64,000 nt of DNA, taken from contig OZ246001.1 of assembly GCA_965230295.1 (NCBI GenBank), positions 736,001 to 800,000 of the forward strand. The letters run 5' to 3'. Positions within the stretch are counted from its first letter, which is position 1, and every line of letters begins with the position of its first letter. The position numbers and the translations under genes are program-made. Below, piece after piece: positions 28,396 to 38,759 of this stretch. The notes under the pieces were generated by a model. It worked only from the letters and a program-made list of their open reading frames with translations. It was not told the DNA's origin and ran no database searches. The stretch is from Marinicella sp. GTDB taxonomy: Bacteria; Pseudomonadota; Gammaproteobacteria; Xanthomonadales; Marinicellaceae.

Positions 28396-29697
28396 TTACC
28401 CTTGGGTGGAATTCTTCAGCAGTTCATTTTCCTTGATTTCTTTCAACTCGATTTCTTGTTCCAGAGTTTCCCGGCGCTGTAATTCGTTGTTGACGTATTT
28501 CAACCATTGATTGGCTGCTTTGCTGCTGCGCTGATCTTTGGCCGCAGCTTGAAAAGCCAAGCGCGCTTTATTGAAGTCTTTTAAATTGATGTAACTGTTC
28601 CCCAACATCAGATTGGCTGAATCCGGCCGTTTGATGCCTTTGTCTAAGGCTTTGTTGATGTTGATGTTGGCTTTTTCCCATTCTTCAACATTCATGTACG
28701 ATTGTGCCAACCTTAAGAACAGCTCACCATCAGTGGTTAAGTTGGCCGCTTTCTCTAAGGCGGGGATGGCTTTGGCATCGTCTCTGGCCAAAAACCAAGC
28801 CTGGGCTATCAATTCCAATCTTTTGTCATTGGCTTCAAGGTTACCCGCAGCAATTTCTTTTTCTAACAACACCGCTGCTTTGTAAGGTAAGTCATGCATC
28901 AAATACAAGTTGGCCAGGTTTTCAATGTGCGAACTGGTGGTCAACAAACTTTTTTCATACATCACTTCTGTGAGCACCATCTGCTTCTTAAAATCACCCA
29001 ATTCGCTGTACACACCAGCCATGGAGATGATGTAATCATCTTTAGGATAAAGCTTGACCAAATCCTTCAGCACCCCAAGCATGCCCTGAAAATTATTGGT
29101 TTCATAATAACAAGAACGCAACAGCAACAACCAATTTTCCTTGGGTGCTTTACCAAAACTTTTTTGCTTATCCACACCTTGCTTAATGGGACCAATGGCC
29201 TCTGCATAGCGTTCGCCTTGATAGTAAGCTTGCCCCAACAACACCAAAGTATCGGCACTGGGGTCAGGTACAATCGCAATCAAACGCTGAACAGTTTTCA
29301 AGGCCAAATCATATTGCTCTGTCGTGAAATACAGTTGGCTCATGACATTCAAAGTACTCTGTTGCAACGCCAATGGAATTTCACCGGCACTGAGCACTTT
29401 TTCATACGACCGCAGCGCCGCTGTGTAGTCCTCGGTGAGGTAATGGGTGTAGGCGGTTAAATTCCAAATCTGAGCACTTTCATAAGCAGACAGGTTTTTC
29501 ATGTCCCGCATTTTAACCAGGCCAGCCTGAGCTTCAGTAAACTGCTGTTCCTCAACCAGTTTTTGTAGTTTCAACAGTTCATTACCCACTTTAGGACTTA
29601 ATGCCACTGTTTGCTTGGTTTCTTCCTGGGCAGAGCCATTAAGGGTCATCAATACCATCGCGGAAAGGATGATGATTTTGTTTAACATCTGTTTCAC
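28396..29697 (-). CDS. Periplasmic TPR protein (TtpD-like)
   Basis: Signal peptide, multiple TPR-like helices, C-terminal A.QWLKY; overlaps tonB. Confidence 0.82.
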   Translation of the reverse strand: MKQMLNKIIILSAMVLMTLNGSAQEETKQTVALSPKVGNELLKLQKLVEEQQFTEAQAGLVKMRDMKNLSAYESAQIWNLTAYTHYLTEDYTAALRSYEKVLSAGEIPLALQQSTLNVMSQLYFTTEQYDLALKTVQRLIAIVPDPSADTLVLLGQAYYQGERYAEAIGPIKQGVDKQKSFGKAPKENWLLLLRSCYYETNNFQGMLGVLKDLVKLYPKDDYIISMAGVYSELGDFKKQMVLTEVMYEKSLLTTSSHIENLANLYLMHDLPYKAAVLLEKEIAAGNLEANDKRLELIAQAWFLARDDAKAIPALEKAANLTTDGELFLRLAQSYMNVEEWEKANININKALDKGIKRPDSANLMLGNSYINLKDFNKARLAFQAAAKDQRSSKAANQWLKYVNNELQRRETLEQEIELKEIKENELLKNSTQG

Positions 29698-30362
29698 CCG
29701 TCATTCTCCAGCTTGTAAGTGAACTTATTGCGCACATTGTTAACTACGATGGCTTCACCATCCTTGATCCTGGGTTTGTACTTAAACTTGGCAGCTGCCC
29801 GGATGGATGAACGGTGAAACAAGGAGCTGCTGCATTGATCAGGTACAACCATCACATTGTCTGTGGTACCTTGTTTGGTCACCGTATAGGAAACTGTACA
29901 GAAACCCTCTATGCCTCTTGACGCGGCACGTTCAGGGTAAATGGGAGCCACTTTTACAATGGGTAAATATTCACCCTCACCAATGGCACCGATACTGAAG
30001 CCCCCAGCGTTCAATTCCACATTGGTTTCAACCGGTGCCGCAGACACCGCCATTTTTTCTGCCGATGCATCAAAGTTATCCAGCTTTGGCGTTGGTGGTT
30101 GTTTGGGTGGTGCTTCAGGTAAAGGCGGTTTTTCCGGTTTGTTTTTTTTGCGCTCAGGGGTTTCATTGCGTTTGACCCGAACAAAATCCAAGAAACGGGT
30201 CTTACCAGAATCATCTATGCCTGTTTCTGTAAATGTGATCAAAAACATCATGAACCAAAATAAAAAGACCATGACAGCTAAGCCACCTGCATAACCCAAC
30301 AAAGTTCTCAGCATGGACTTTTGCGTGGCTTGAAATTTCTGGTTGATGGTTTGTTCAGTCAT
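29694..30362 (-). CDS. tonB: Energy transducer TonB
   Basis: N-terminal TM helix, Pro-rich linker, PIYP..A...GIEG, KFKYKP. Confidence 0.92.
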   Translation of the reverse strand: MTEQTINQKFQATQKSMLRTLLGYAGGLAVMVFLFWFMMFLITFTETGIDDSGKTRFLDFVRVKRNETPERKKNKPEKPPLPEAPPKQPPTPKLDNFDASAEKMAVSAAPVETNVELNAGGFSIGAIGEGEYLPIVKVAPIYPERAASRGIEGFCTVSYTVTKQGTTDNVMVVPDQCSSSLFHRSSIRAAAKFKYKPRIKDGEAIVVNNVRNKFTYKLENDG

Positions 30363-30364
30363 GC

Positions 30365-30772
30365 TCAGGATTCATCAGTTGCTATTGATATATTATAAAC
30401 ACTGGCTGCCCTGGATGCATCCATCACCTTCACCAGGGTGTCTGTGGTCGATCCTTTGTCAGCCTGGATGATGACTGATCCTTGCGGATTTTCCGCATGC
30501 AATCGTTCAATGTTGGCCCTGACTGCCCGTATATCGATGCGCCTGCCATCGATCCAAATGTCATTGTTGGGACTGATGGCAATCAGGATATTGGCTTTTT
30601 CTTGCACTTCAGTGGTGGCTGCATCGGGTCTGGACACATCAATACCAGCTTGTTTGACAAAATTAGCCGTGACGATAAAAAAGATCAACATGATGAACAC
30701 CACATCCAACATGGGAGTGATGTCAATATTGGCCTCTTCTTCTTGTTCGGTGTTAGAAAATAATTGTCTCAT
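30365..30772 (-). CDS. exbD: Biopolymer transporter ExbD
   Basis: IDITPMLDVVFIMLIFFIVT; VIIQAD. Confidence 0.93.
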   Translation of the reverse strand: MRQLFSNTEQEEEANIDITPMLDVVFIMLIFFIVTANFVKQAGIDVSRPDAATTEVQEKANILIAISPNNDIWIDGRRIDIRAVRANIERLHAENPQGSVIIQADKGSTTDTLVKVMDASRAASVYNISIATDES

Positions 30773-30785
30773 TGTCTTCTCATGT

Positions 30786-31322
30786 TCAGTGGTGAAGCAC
30801 CAATGCTTCACGGATTAGATGTCGTTGATTACTGACTTTTCGCTTAAGGTAAGTGCTCATGGCTATGCCTGATAAGGCCGCCACCATGCCAGCCATGGTC
30901 GGGATGGTGGCCTTAAAAATACCAGCTGCCATAGAGCGGGCATTGCCAGAACCGGAAAATGCCATCACTTGGAACACTTCTATCATGCCTGAAACTGTAC
31001 CCAGCAAACCCATCAATGGACACAGCACCACACATGTGTTGATCAGTTCTGTGTTCTTGACCAAACCTTGTGAGACCATTGAAACCAATCGAGCACGGGT
31101 AAACTGTGCATACAGTGAACTGAAATCTGTGCGATCAGACCAAATAGACACCGCTTTGCTGAAGTTGCTCTTATGTTGTCGATTGATGTAAATGATCCGC
31201 TCAATGATGAGCGCCCACATGATAATACTGATCAGCGCTATCAGATAAAGTACATTACCACCCAGCTCAAAGAAATCACGTATGGATTCTAAAAACGGAA
31301 AATAATAATAAAGCTTATCCAT
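30786..31322 (-). CDS. exbB: MotA/TolQ/ExbB proton channel protein
   Basis: PLMGLLGTV.GMI.VF, MAAGI..A.IPT. Confidence 0.9.
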   Translation of the reverse strand: MDKLYYYFPFLESIRDFFELGGNVLYLIALISIIMWALIIERIIYINRQHKSNFSKAVSIWSDRTDFSSLYAQFTRARLVSMVSQGLVKNTELINTCVVLCPLMGLLGTVSGMIEVFQVMAFSGSGNARSMAAGIFKATIPTMAGMVAALSGIAMSTYLKRKVSNQRHLIREALVLHH

Positions 31323-31324
31323 GG

Positions 31325-32671
31325 TTATTTTCTTTCAGCGATTTCAGCAATCATTCCAGCAGCTTGTTGTTGCAGCACTTCAGTAACCCCTTTGGCTTTG
31401 CTGGCAACAATGCTGTGCAAAAACAACATAGGAATGGCCACCACCAAACCCAATACTGTGGTAACCAAAGCTGTGGAAATACCACCAGCCATCATTTTAG
31501 GGTCACCTGTACCAAACAAGGTCAGCGCCTGGAACGTATTGATCATGCCAGTTACCGTACCTAACAGGCCCAATAAAGGTGCCACCGCTGAAATGATTTT
31601 AATGAATGGCAACCATTTATTTAACTTCGGAGTTTCATTCAGAATGGCTTCACCAATTCTGATTTCCATGGCTTCCAAATCGTCATCACCACGTACTTTG
31701 TATACATTCAAAATGCGGCCCAATGGATTGTTGCCCGGGTTGTCTAAATTTTTAATTTGGGCATTGACTTTGGCCGAAACGCCCATCAGCACAATGAAAC
31801 GATACAATGCGACCAACAAGCCAATGATTCCTAACCCAATGATCACATAACCCACCGTTTTGCCTTGAGCCACTTGTTCCAATAAATTCGGTTTCTCAAC
31901 CAGTTTTGACAACAACCCGCCACGGGTTGGGTCGATGGCCACTGAACCCATGCCACTTGTTTGTGATTGGTAGTTTTCCGCTCGAGAGACGAACCTCGAC
32001 TCGGGTTGTCTTGGCAATACCAATAAGCGGCTATTTTCAGGTTTGTATTCCAAGTATTGACCATTGGACAAAGCGTTGAAGGCACCTATGCGGGTGACTG
32101 TTTGTTCTGACTCAATGCCATCGGCACCCACCACCATGGTTTTGAAATTCGTGATCTTGCCAGTTTCAACGATTTCGCGCTGAATTTCATACCAGAAGGC
32201 TTCAATTTCAGCCAAGGTGGCAAAGCGGTTGGTATCGCCCATTTTGCCTGCCAGGTCTGCCATAAATGCAGCCCTTTCCGGGTATTGTTTTTGGGTGATG
32301 GAATTTTCAAACTGAACCCGTGCATCACCTGCTGACTGCTGTAATACACCGAACAACTCCTTCAAACCACCTAATTTCAAATTCAAGTCGTCCTCCATCA
32401 GGATGATTTGGGCGTCTTGCTCCTCAAACAATTGTTCGTATTGTTTGGACAAATTTTCTTGTTCAGCTCTGAGCGCTTTCATTTCTGCCAACAAACGGGC
32501 TTGTTGGGCTCGATTGTCCTGGAAGAATTTCAGTCGATCAGCATTGTCCTTGGCATCTTTAACACCACCAGCTTTGACCTGGTCTAACAATTCCTTGAGG
32601 TCCACATCTTGAGCAGCATAAACACCAAAGGACAAACAAAACAGGGTGATTATTGTGATTAATTTCTTCAT
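31325..32671 (-). CDS. Long ExbB-family protein with periplasmic extension (TtpC-like)
   Basis: Signal peptide, RIGAFN, DPTRG, APLLGLLGTVTGMI.TF, MAGGIS.AL.TT. Confidence 0.88.
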   Translation of the reverse strand: MKKLITIITLFCLSFGVYAAQDVDLKELLDQVKAGGVKDAKDNADRLKFFQDNRAQQARLLAEMKALRAEQENLSKQYEQLFEEQDAQIILMEDDLNLKLGGLKELFGVLQQSAGDARVQFENSITQKQYPERAAFMADLAGKMGDTNRFATLAEIEAFWYEIQREIVETGKITNFKTMVVGADGIESEQTVTRIGAFNALSNGQYLEYKPENSRLLVLPRQPESRFVSRAENYQSQTSGMGSVAIDPTRGGLLSKLVEKPNLLEQVAQGKTVGYVIIGLGIIGLLVALYRFIVLMGVSAKVNAQIKNLDNPGNNPLGRILNVYKVRGDDDLEAMEIRIGEAILNETPKLNKWLPFIKIISAVAPLLGLLGTVTGMINTFQALTLFGTGDPKMMAGGISTALVTTVLGLVVAIPMLFLHSIVASKAKGVTEVLQQQAAGMIAEIAERK

Positions 32672-32672
32672 C

Positions 32673-33434
32673 TTATTTTGCCTCCAAAGCTGCTTGCACC
32701 GGGATCACCAATAAATCTGGAGCCACTTCTTTCTTTGCCACTTTTAAGCCGGCTTTGATGTGTGACTTGTATTCACTGGATGGCAATTCAACAAATGCGT
32801 TTTGGGCACTGTCCCAAGCCCCTGAATAGCTGCCATCGGGTGTTTGGTAAGCCAAAGAAATGCGGCCAACCCGGAAGAAGTTAACATCCCGCTCCTGGCC
32901 TGACACATCGGCTGTCCCTTTGTAGGCTTCTATGGTTCTGCCATAATCCGCTTCAATTTCATAGGATTCCAAAACCCGTCTGAATTTTTCAGCTTGTGCC
33001 ACATCAGAACGTTCCATCATGGCTCGCAAGTTAGCAATTCTTTCGGTGCGTTCATCCATCAAAAATGGCACATCCAATTGGATGAATTTGTCCAATGAAT
33101 CAATCATTTTAATCATCAATGGTACGATCTGCCGTTCGATCAACGAGATGTTTTCCACAGAATTTCTGATGGCTTGCATTTCAGCTGTCTGATTATCCAA
33201 TTGCTTTTTAAGCAAACTGTTGTAGACCTTCAGACCTTCAACCTCTTTACTGACACTTTTGTATTCAGCCAACAAGTCAGCCACTTGATCCGCCACCCTT
33301 TCGATGCCTTTTTGGGCCTGTGCGCCCGCATCAGCCCTCCGCTCTCCGGCTTGGGTCACATCATCGACACTGGTTTGTGCCATACCGGTTGTAGCCACAA
33401 TACACAGCAATAAGCTTTTATAGGAAAATTTCAT
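32673..33434 (-). CDS. DUF3450 family protein (TtpB-like)
   Basis: Signal peptide, coiled coil, PF...ER..R, EKFRRVLE.Y.IE.DYG, RVGRISL. Confidence 0.85.
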   Translation of the reverse strand: MKFSYKSLLLCIVATTGMAQTSVDDVTQAGERRADAGAQAQKGIERVADQVADLLAEYKSVSKEVEGLKVYNSLLKKQLDNQTAEMQAIRNSVENISLIERQIVPLMIKMIDSLDKFIQLDVPFLMDERTERIANLRAMMERSDVAQAEKFRRVLESYEIEADYGRTIEAYKGTADVSGQERDVNFFRVGRISLAYQTPDGSYSGAWDSAQNAFVELPSSEYKSHIKAGLKVAKKEVAPDLLVIPVQAALEAK

Positions 33435-33493
33435 GTTAAACACTCTTGTTTGAATTTGATGGGGTGGTTTACGGTACCACCTTCTAAGAATCA

Positions 33494-33526
33494 AAGAAGC
33501 ACATGACTGGCTGCCATGCGCTTCTT
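33494..33526. other. Intergenic stem-loop after the TonB-dependent receptor (attenuator or mRNA stabiliser)
   Basis: Imperfect inverted repeat AAGAAGCACATG..CATGCGCTTCTT. Confidence 0.45.
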
Positions 33527-33537
33527 ATCTCATTTTA

Positions 33538-36072
33538 TTAAAACAGGTCGTAACGCAATTTCAAGTAGTAAAATCCACCGCCAAAACCGGATGGAGAGAA
33601 CTGACTGTATTGGTTACCAACACCTGCTGCGGCACCCAGGTTTCTGTCTGGATATTCATCCAAAAGATTTTGTGCACCAATGGTAAAGGTGTATTTGTCG
33701 TTGAATGTGTAAGCCACTTCGGCATCGAGAATGTACTCATCACCGTAGGTTGCACCATCTTCTGAATCAAAGAATTCATCGTAGTAACTGTAGCGACCTA
33801 AGAACCTCCAATTGCCCACCACATGGTTGGCTTGTAGATTCCAGCGGGTCTCAGGCAATCCTTCTTGTAATTCTCTGATACGGGTGTTGTCAACCACCAA
33901 AGGATCAAATGCAGTGACTTCGGTGTCGGTGTTGTTATAAATCAAAGAAAAGTCTGTATTACCATTGCCAATTTCAGTTTTGTATGTGGCTACCACATCA
34001 ATACCTGTGGTTTTGGTGTCAAAGGCATTGGTGAAGAACCTGAAATTCCTCAAGTTAGCCGCACTGGTTACACCACTGGCTATCAACCCATCAACTTCTT
34101 CTGGTGTTAGCTGGAAGTTTTGCGATAAGGTGATTCGGTCTTCCAAATCAATTCTAAAATAATCAACGGTAAAATCAACAGGTCCCAATGAGAACACGGC
34201 ACCAAAAGTGAAGTTTTCTGATTCCTCAGGATCTAAGGGTTGACCACCCCTAAGCTGAGCCACTGGGTTGATTGAAGGAATGGTGCCGTTGTTAACCAAC
34301 ATGCCATTTTCAAACTCAGTTGACACGTTAAAGGCATTTGATTGACCTGGTGTCGGGGCCCTAAAACCCGTACTGAAGGTTGAACGCAATGCAAAATTAT
34401 CAGTGAATCTATAGTGAGCAGCTAACTTGTAGTTACTGGTGGTACCAAAATCTTCAAAATCTTCCCAGCGCAATGCTGCACCCAATAAAAAGTTTTCAGT
34501 CACGTCCGCTTCCAAATCAGTATAAACAGCCACATTCGAACGCTCGAACTTACCAGCTGTTAATGCACTGAAACCCGGGAAACCATTGGATGCCGAAGAG
34601 AACCCCTGGGCTGCCAACGGTCCAATTTCAAACGACGCCTGATCACCCGCAGTGATTTCAAACGTTTCCGAACGCCATTCCATACCAGCTGCTATATTCA
34701 ACGGCGAGTAGAACCCACCCACATCCAAGGGGTATGAGAAATCGGCATTGAAGTTTTTATCTAGCTGGGTGTAATCACCTGGATCAAAGATGGTCGGTGA
34801 AGCTGGTCCTAAAGAAGCATTGACGGTGTTGCGAATCACGAAGTCTACATCACTGATACCAACGGCAGCCGAAACATCCCACAAAATGCCATTATCAAAC
34901 TCACCTTTCAAACCAAAGGTGGTGGCAAAATCAACGGCTTCACCACCAAATCGTGGGGTAAAACCACCTGGGAATACTTCCAGGAATGAAAAACAGTTGT
35001 TGTCTGCAATCAAAGCATCTACATAAGATTGATCGTAGCTGCCACCGGCTGGCACTCGATATTGAGCACAATCATCAATTCCATTGTCGTTGGTGTCACC
35101 TATTAAACGGATGCCGTCAGCAGCAAATACGCCGCCCCTTGTATCTGGATTACGGAAGTAGAAACCACCATCCACATCTTTTTGTGCATAGTTACCGAAG
35201 GCATAAAATTCATTGCCTCCACCCACATCAGCACCCATGTTGAAAACCAGCTTTAAATCATCATCAATTTTAGGCTGTCCCCAAATCTGTGCCGGATTTG
35301 CGACAAACGGGTTGCCATTGTCAATCAAAGCCTGTGCATCATCTCGTTGAACTGATCGATCAGTGTCATCGGTGCTGCCATACTCAAAACTTAAATTCAT
35401 GAACCCTTGATCAGTGAAGGGTAAACCGATGTTACCAGCCACACTGTAAGCCGTTCCATCACCTTCATAGAATTGACCATACTTCACTTCGTAAGTTGAT
35501 CCTTCACTGGAGTCGTTATAAATAAAGTTCATCACACCGGCAATGGCATCAGAACCGTATTGTGCCGCTGAACCATCACGCAAAACTTCTAATTGTTTCA
35601 ATGCAATCGAAGGTATGGGCGAAATATCAGGACCTTGGGCACCGTCAGCCACGCCATTACCTAACCAATAAATAACCGCAGCACGGTGGCGGCGTTTGTT
35701 ATTGACCAAAACCAATGTATGGTCTGGTGCCAGTCCACGTAAGTTCGCTGGACGAACAATGGTCGCCGCATCTGAAATGGGCTGTGTGTTCACATTGTAA
35801 GAAGGCACCACATTCCTGATCAAATTGCTGAGATCTGTCCCCGCCTGATTGACAAATTCATCACCTGCAACCACATCGATAGGTACCGCTGACTCAGTGG
35901 CTGAACGTGCAGCACGTCTGGTACCAGTCACCACCACTTCTTCTGCAGCCGCATTGCTGTCTTCACCTTCATCATTGTCGTCTTGAGCAAAGGCCATGGG
36001 TGTCATTGATAACGACAATGCCATGGCAATTCCGACAGATAATTTGTGATTCTTAAAGAACCTGATTTTCAT
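33538..36072 (-). CDS. TonB-dependent outer-membrane receptor
   Basis: Signal peptide, TonB box EEVVVTG, plug LRGL..TLVLVN.KR, EVLRDG.AAQYGSDAIAGV.N, C-terminal F. Confidence 0.96.
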   Translation of the reverse strand: MKIRFFKNHKLSVGIAMALSLSMTPMAFAQDDNDEGEDSNAAAEEVVVTGTRRAARSATESAVPIDVVAGDEFVNQAGTDLSNLIRNVVPSYNVNTQPISDAATIVRPANLRGLAPDHTLVLVNNKRRHRAAVIYWLGNGVADGAQGPDISPIPSIALKQLEVLRDGSAAQYGSDAIAGVMNFIYNDSSEGSTYEVKYGQFYEGDGTAYSVAGNIGLPFTDQGFMNLSFEYGSTDDTDRSVQRDDAQALIDNGNPFVANPAQIWGQPKIDDDLKLVFNMGADVGGGNEFYAFGNYAQKDVDGGFYFRNPDTRGGVFAADGIRLIGDTNDNGIDDCAQYRVPAGGSYDQSYVDALIADNNCFSFLEVFPGGFTPRFGGEAVDFATTFGLKGEFDNGILWDVSAAVGISDVDFVIRNTVNASLGPASPTIFDPGDYTQLDKNFNADFSYPLDVGGFYSPLNIAAGMEWRSETFEITAGDQASFEIGPLAAQGFSSASNGFPGFSALTAGKFERSNVAVYTDLEADVTENFLLGAALRWEDFEDFGTTSNYKLAAHYRFTDNFALRSTFSTGFRAPTPGQSNAFNVSTEFENGMLVNNGTIPSINPVAQLRGGQPLDPEESENFTFGAVFSLGPVDFTVDYFRIDLEDRITLSQNFQLTPEEVDGLIASGVTSAANLRNFRFFTNAFDTKTTGIDVVATYKTEIGNGNTDFSLIYNNTDTEVTAFDPLVVDNTRIRELQEGLPETRWNLQANHVVGNWRFLGRYSYYDEFFDSEDGATYGDEYILDAEVAYTFNDKYTFTIGAQNLLDEYPDRNLGAAAGVGNQYSQFSPSGFGGGFYYLKLRYDLF

Positions 36073-36181
36073 CTTTAACCCTCCTACAGATTATTAATAT
36101 TGATTTTTTAAAGATAAAAGTGTGCCTAAAAGTGCAAGAAAAACACTGATTTAACAAAATTTTAACTCTCTAACCTCAACC

Positions 36182-36211
36182 ATTCTAGATGGCTTTATTT
36201 TATTTTGTCAA
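36182..36211 (-). promoter_or_regulatory. Sigma70-type promoter for the TonB receptor cluster
   Basis: TTGACA-N18-TAGAAT on the minus strand. Confidence 0.55.
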
Positions 36212-36440
36212 TCATAACAAGCACTTTAGCTCATATGACAAGGATTTGTTTGTACTTTAATGAACCAGCTAAACACTTCGTTGCGCATAAAACATGACAA
36301 TTTGATGACAAAATATTCAAAATATTTTTATATATTTTTTTTATATATCCAGACCATCACACCCGCACTCAATTTTCCATTTGCAATGAAAACCATTCAT
36401 AAAGGTCTAATCTTCAGTCCTCAACATTAAAGAATAATAG

Positions 36441-37178
36441 ATGCTAATTAGGTTGTTTAAATTTTCCCTGTTGATTAACTGCATGACTGGATTTTCACAA
36501 GAAATGACTTTTTCCAGTGGCAGTAAACAAACTCATTTGATTGAACTGTATTCATCAGAGGGTTGTCACTCTTGTCCACCGGCTGATCAATTCATCAGCC
36601 AATTCAAAGGTTCAAAACAACTTTGGGATACCTATGTGCCTCTGGTTTTTCATGTTGACTATTGGGACTATCTGGGTTGGCAAGACCCTTTTGCTTCCCC
36701 CGAGTACTCCAACAGACAAAGGGCTTATCAAAGAGCCGGTCACAGCAACGGTGTTTACACACCAGGTTTTGTGGTTAACGGCAAAGAATGGACCGGGTTT
36801 TTCAAACCCTTGCGTGCGTTCCCTGAAATTTTTCAATACCCGGGAAAACTGCAAGTAACCATCAACCAGCACCAAGCCACCATTGAATTCAACTCAAATC
36901 ACGAAACTTTGGATTATCACATGGTCATTGTGGGTTTAGGGTTGCAAACTGAAGTTGATGCGGGTGAGAATGCAGGGCACTTATTGACCCATGACTTTGT
37001 GGTCTTAGACCATCAAGTCAGCAGTGGCAGTACATTTGCCACCATGAACTTGCCATTGATCATGAAACACGATCCAGAGCAATTTGCTCTGATCGCTTGG
37101 GTCACAGAAAAAAATTCAATGTTACCAATCCAAGCTGTCGGTCAGACTTTACCAGCGGGAATCATCAAGCAGATTTAA
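36441..37178 (+). CDS. DUF1223 thioredoxin-like secreted protein
   Basis: ELYSSEGCHSCPPAD, FHVDYWDYLGW.DPF, YTPGFVVNG, GENAG..L.HD.VV. Confidence 0.9.
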   Translation: MLIRLFKFSLLINCMTGFSQEMTFSSGSKQTHLIELYSSEGCHSCPPADQFISQFKGSKQLWDTYVPLVFHVDYWDYLGWQDPFASPEYSNRQRAYQRAGHSNGVYTPGFVVNGKEWTGFFKPLRAFPEIFQYPGKLQVTINQHQATIEFNSNHETLDYHMVIVGLGLQTEVDAGENAGHLLTHDFVVLDHQVSSGSTFATMNLPLIMKHDPEQFALIAWVTEKNSMLPIQAVGQTLPAGIIKQI

Positions 37179-37716
37179 TGCGTCGACTGCCAAAGATACG
37201 ATAGACCTCTGCCCAAGAACCATCTGCTTGTTTGAACTCCAATTTCCATGAGAATTGGTTGGACTTGATGTCATAAAAGGTGATTCTGGAGTCTTGGCCA
37301 TTGAACAAGCCAGTCATGATGATTTGGTCTGCAGTCTCGGTGGCCACAAAGGTATCTACTTTTTGACCTTTGATGGAAGCCCAGGCCATTTCCCAACGGT
37401 TTTGTTTGGGATTGAATATTCTTATATTGGTTCCATACTGACGCCCGGTGCTGGGCTCAGGTTGTCCCATTGGCGGCGAAATCCAATCATCTTGCACAGC
37501 ATGTCCATTGAGGATTGAATAAAAATGCCAGCTGGCACCTGCCCCTGCTTGCCAATGACCTTGCTGGTCTTTGGATTCATCTTTGATGTCCCAGTGACCC
37601 AACAATTGTTTCATCAAACTGTTTTCCAATTGTTGTGACAGTACCCCGGTTTCAGCCTGACTTACTGCACAGTAAAAACAACTCAGCAGCAGCCAGAAAA
37701 TAACTTTATTCTTCAT
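37165..37716 (-). CDS. Secreted hypothetical beta-rich protein, related to the C-terminal domain of the upstream gene
   Basis: ATG at 37716 overlaps the upstream stop; signal peptide; LGHW..GT..FNP..W...W. Confidence 0.75.
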   Translation of the reverse strand: MKNKVIFWLLLSCFYCAVSQAETGVLSQQLENSLMKQLLGHWDIKDESKDQQGHWQAGAGASWHFYSILNGHAVQDDWISPPMGQPEPSTGRQYGTNIRIFNPKQNRWEMAWASIKGQKVDTFVATETADQIIMTGLFNGQDSRITFYDIKSNQFSWKLEFKQADGSWAEVYRIFGSRRIKSA

Positions 37717-38683
37717 CCTCTTTATCCTCCTTAACAGGGAAATAATACCCATTGAACCAGGTATACCAGCTTTTGCCACCATCAACAGATTCTTCAAAAA
37801 ACTGTTGTACGACACCACCTTCCAAAGGTGTCCAAGTGCCCCTGAAGTCCCTGACCTGCGGCTGTTGTTGTGTAGCCGCATAATAAATTTTACCCACCAA
37901 TTGCATCGACTTTTTGTCTTTTTGCTGTGTGACCAAACCTCCAGCATAATCGATCACAGTACCACCGCCGCTGACCCAACGCTGTACCCATTGATTCAAT
38001 ATGCCATCATAGTAATTCATACTGGTACCAGTACTGCCACTGGCACCTTGCCATTGCTCCATGATCAGGCAACCTCGCTCAGTTTTGCTGATGGTGTTGT
38101 GACCGAACAAGGGGCCGGTTTTTTCAATATTGCCATAAACTTCCCAGTGACCCAGCCAAAAATCAAATTGCTGGTATTTATCATCGTACATACATGGCCT
38201 GAGGTTGGCATCGGTTTGTTTTAATATGTGTTTGAAGGAATCTGTGGTTTGATACTTTTGCCACATGGGATTGGTTTTCAATTCATTGAGATTGGCATAG
38301 CCTGATGCGGTCATTTCTTTCATTGTCTGCCACATGTCCTTTTCATCACCCAGCAAATTCAGCCCCTGTGCCTTTTGATAAAGCACCAATGACGGGGGAA
38401 TTTGCGTGGCTTTTGACAAATGTTTATTGGCTTTGATGGCCTGCTTGCCTTGACCCAGTTGAATGTGGGCATTGGCCACACGGTACCATGCTTGTTCTTT
38501 GGTGGCGGGAGACAGTTCTGCACTTTGATCTAGCAAGTGCTGGTATGCTTTGATTGATTCTGTCCAATTTTGTTCGTTGTAATACTTTGTGGCCAAAGCC
38601 GACCAGTTTTCTTCGCCACTCACAACAGAAGAAATGAATAAGCACAAAAACAAATAAATGCAGTTAAATTTAGTTTGACCCAT
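37706..38683 (-). CDS. Secreted TPR protein with C-terminal FDFWLGHW beta-domain (DUF1579-like)
   Basis: Signal peptide, TPR-like N-terminal half, QFDFWLGHWEV, GTSMNYYD, EESVDGGKSW. Confidence 0.78.
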   Translation of the reverse strand: MGQTKFNCIYLFLCLFISSVVSGEENWSALATKYYNEQNWTESIKAYQHLLDQSAELSPATKEQAWYRVANAHIQLGQGKQAIKANKHLSKATQIPPSLVLYQKAQGLNLLGDEKDMWQTMKEMTASGYANLNELKTNPMWQKYQTTDSFKHILKQTDANLRPCMYDDKYQQFDFWLGHWEVYGNIEKTGPLFGHNTISKTERGCLIMEQWQGASGSTGTSMNYYDGILNQWVQRWVSGGGTVIDYAGGLVTQQKDKKSMQLVGKIYYAATQQQPQVRDFRGTWTPLEGGVVQQFFEESVDGGKSWYTWFNGYYFPVKEDKEDEE

Positions 38684-38759
38684 TGACGTAAAACACAAAT
38701 GAAAGCTTTGATTATCTGCGCAATGGTTTTATCGCGCTATCAAAATTTTGCTCATTTAT

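Noticed and set aside
37717-37947. 5' extension of ORF 37165-37947, and similar extensions of 1579-2049, 9553, 10458, 39614-40663
   Set aside because: They overlap upstream genes; downstream ATGs give proper signal peptides or domain starts.
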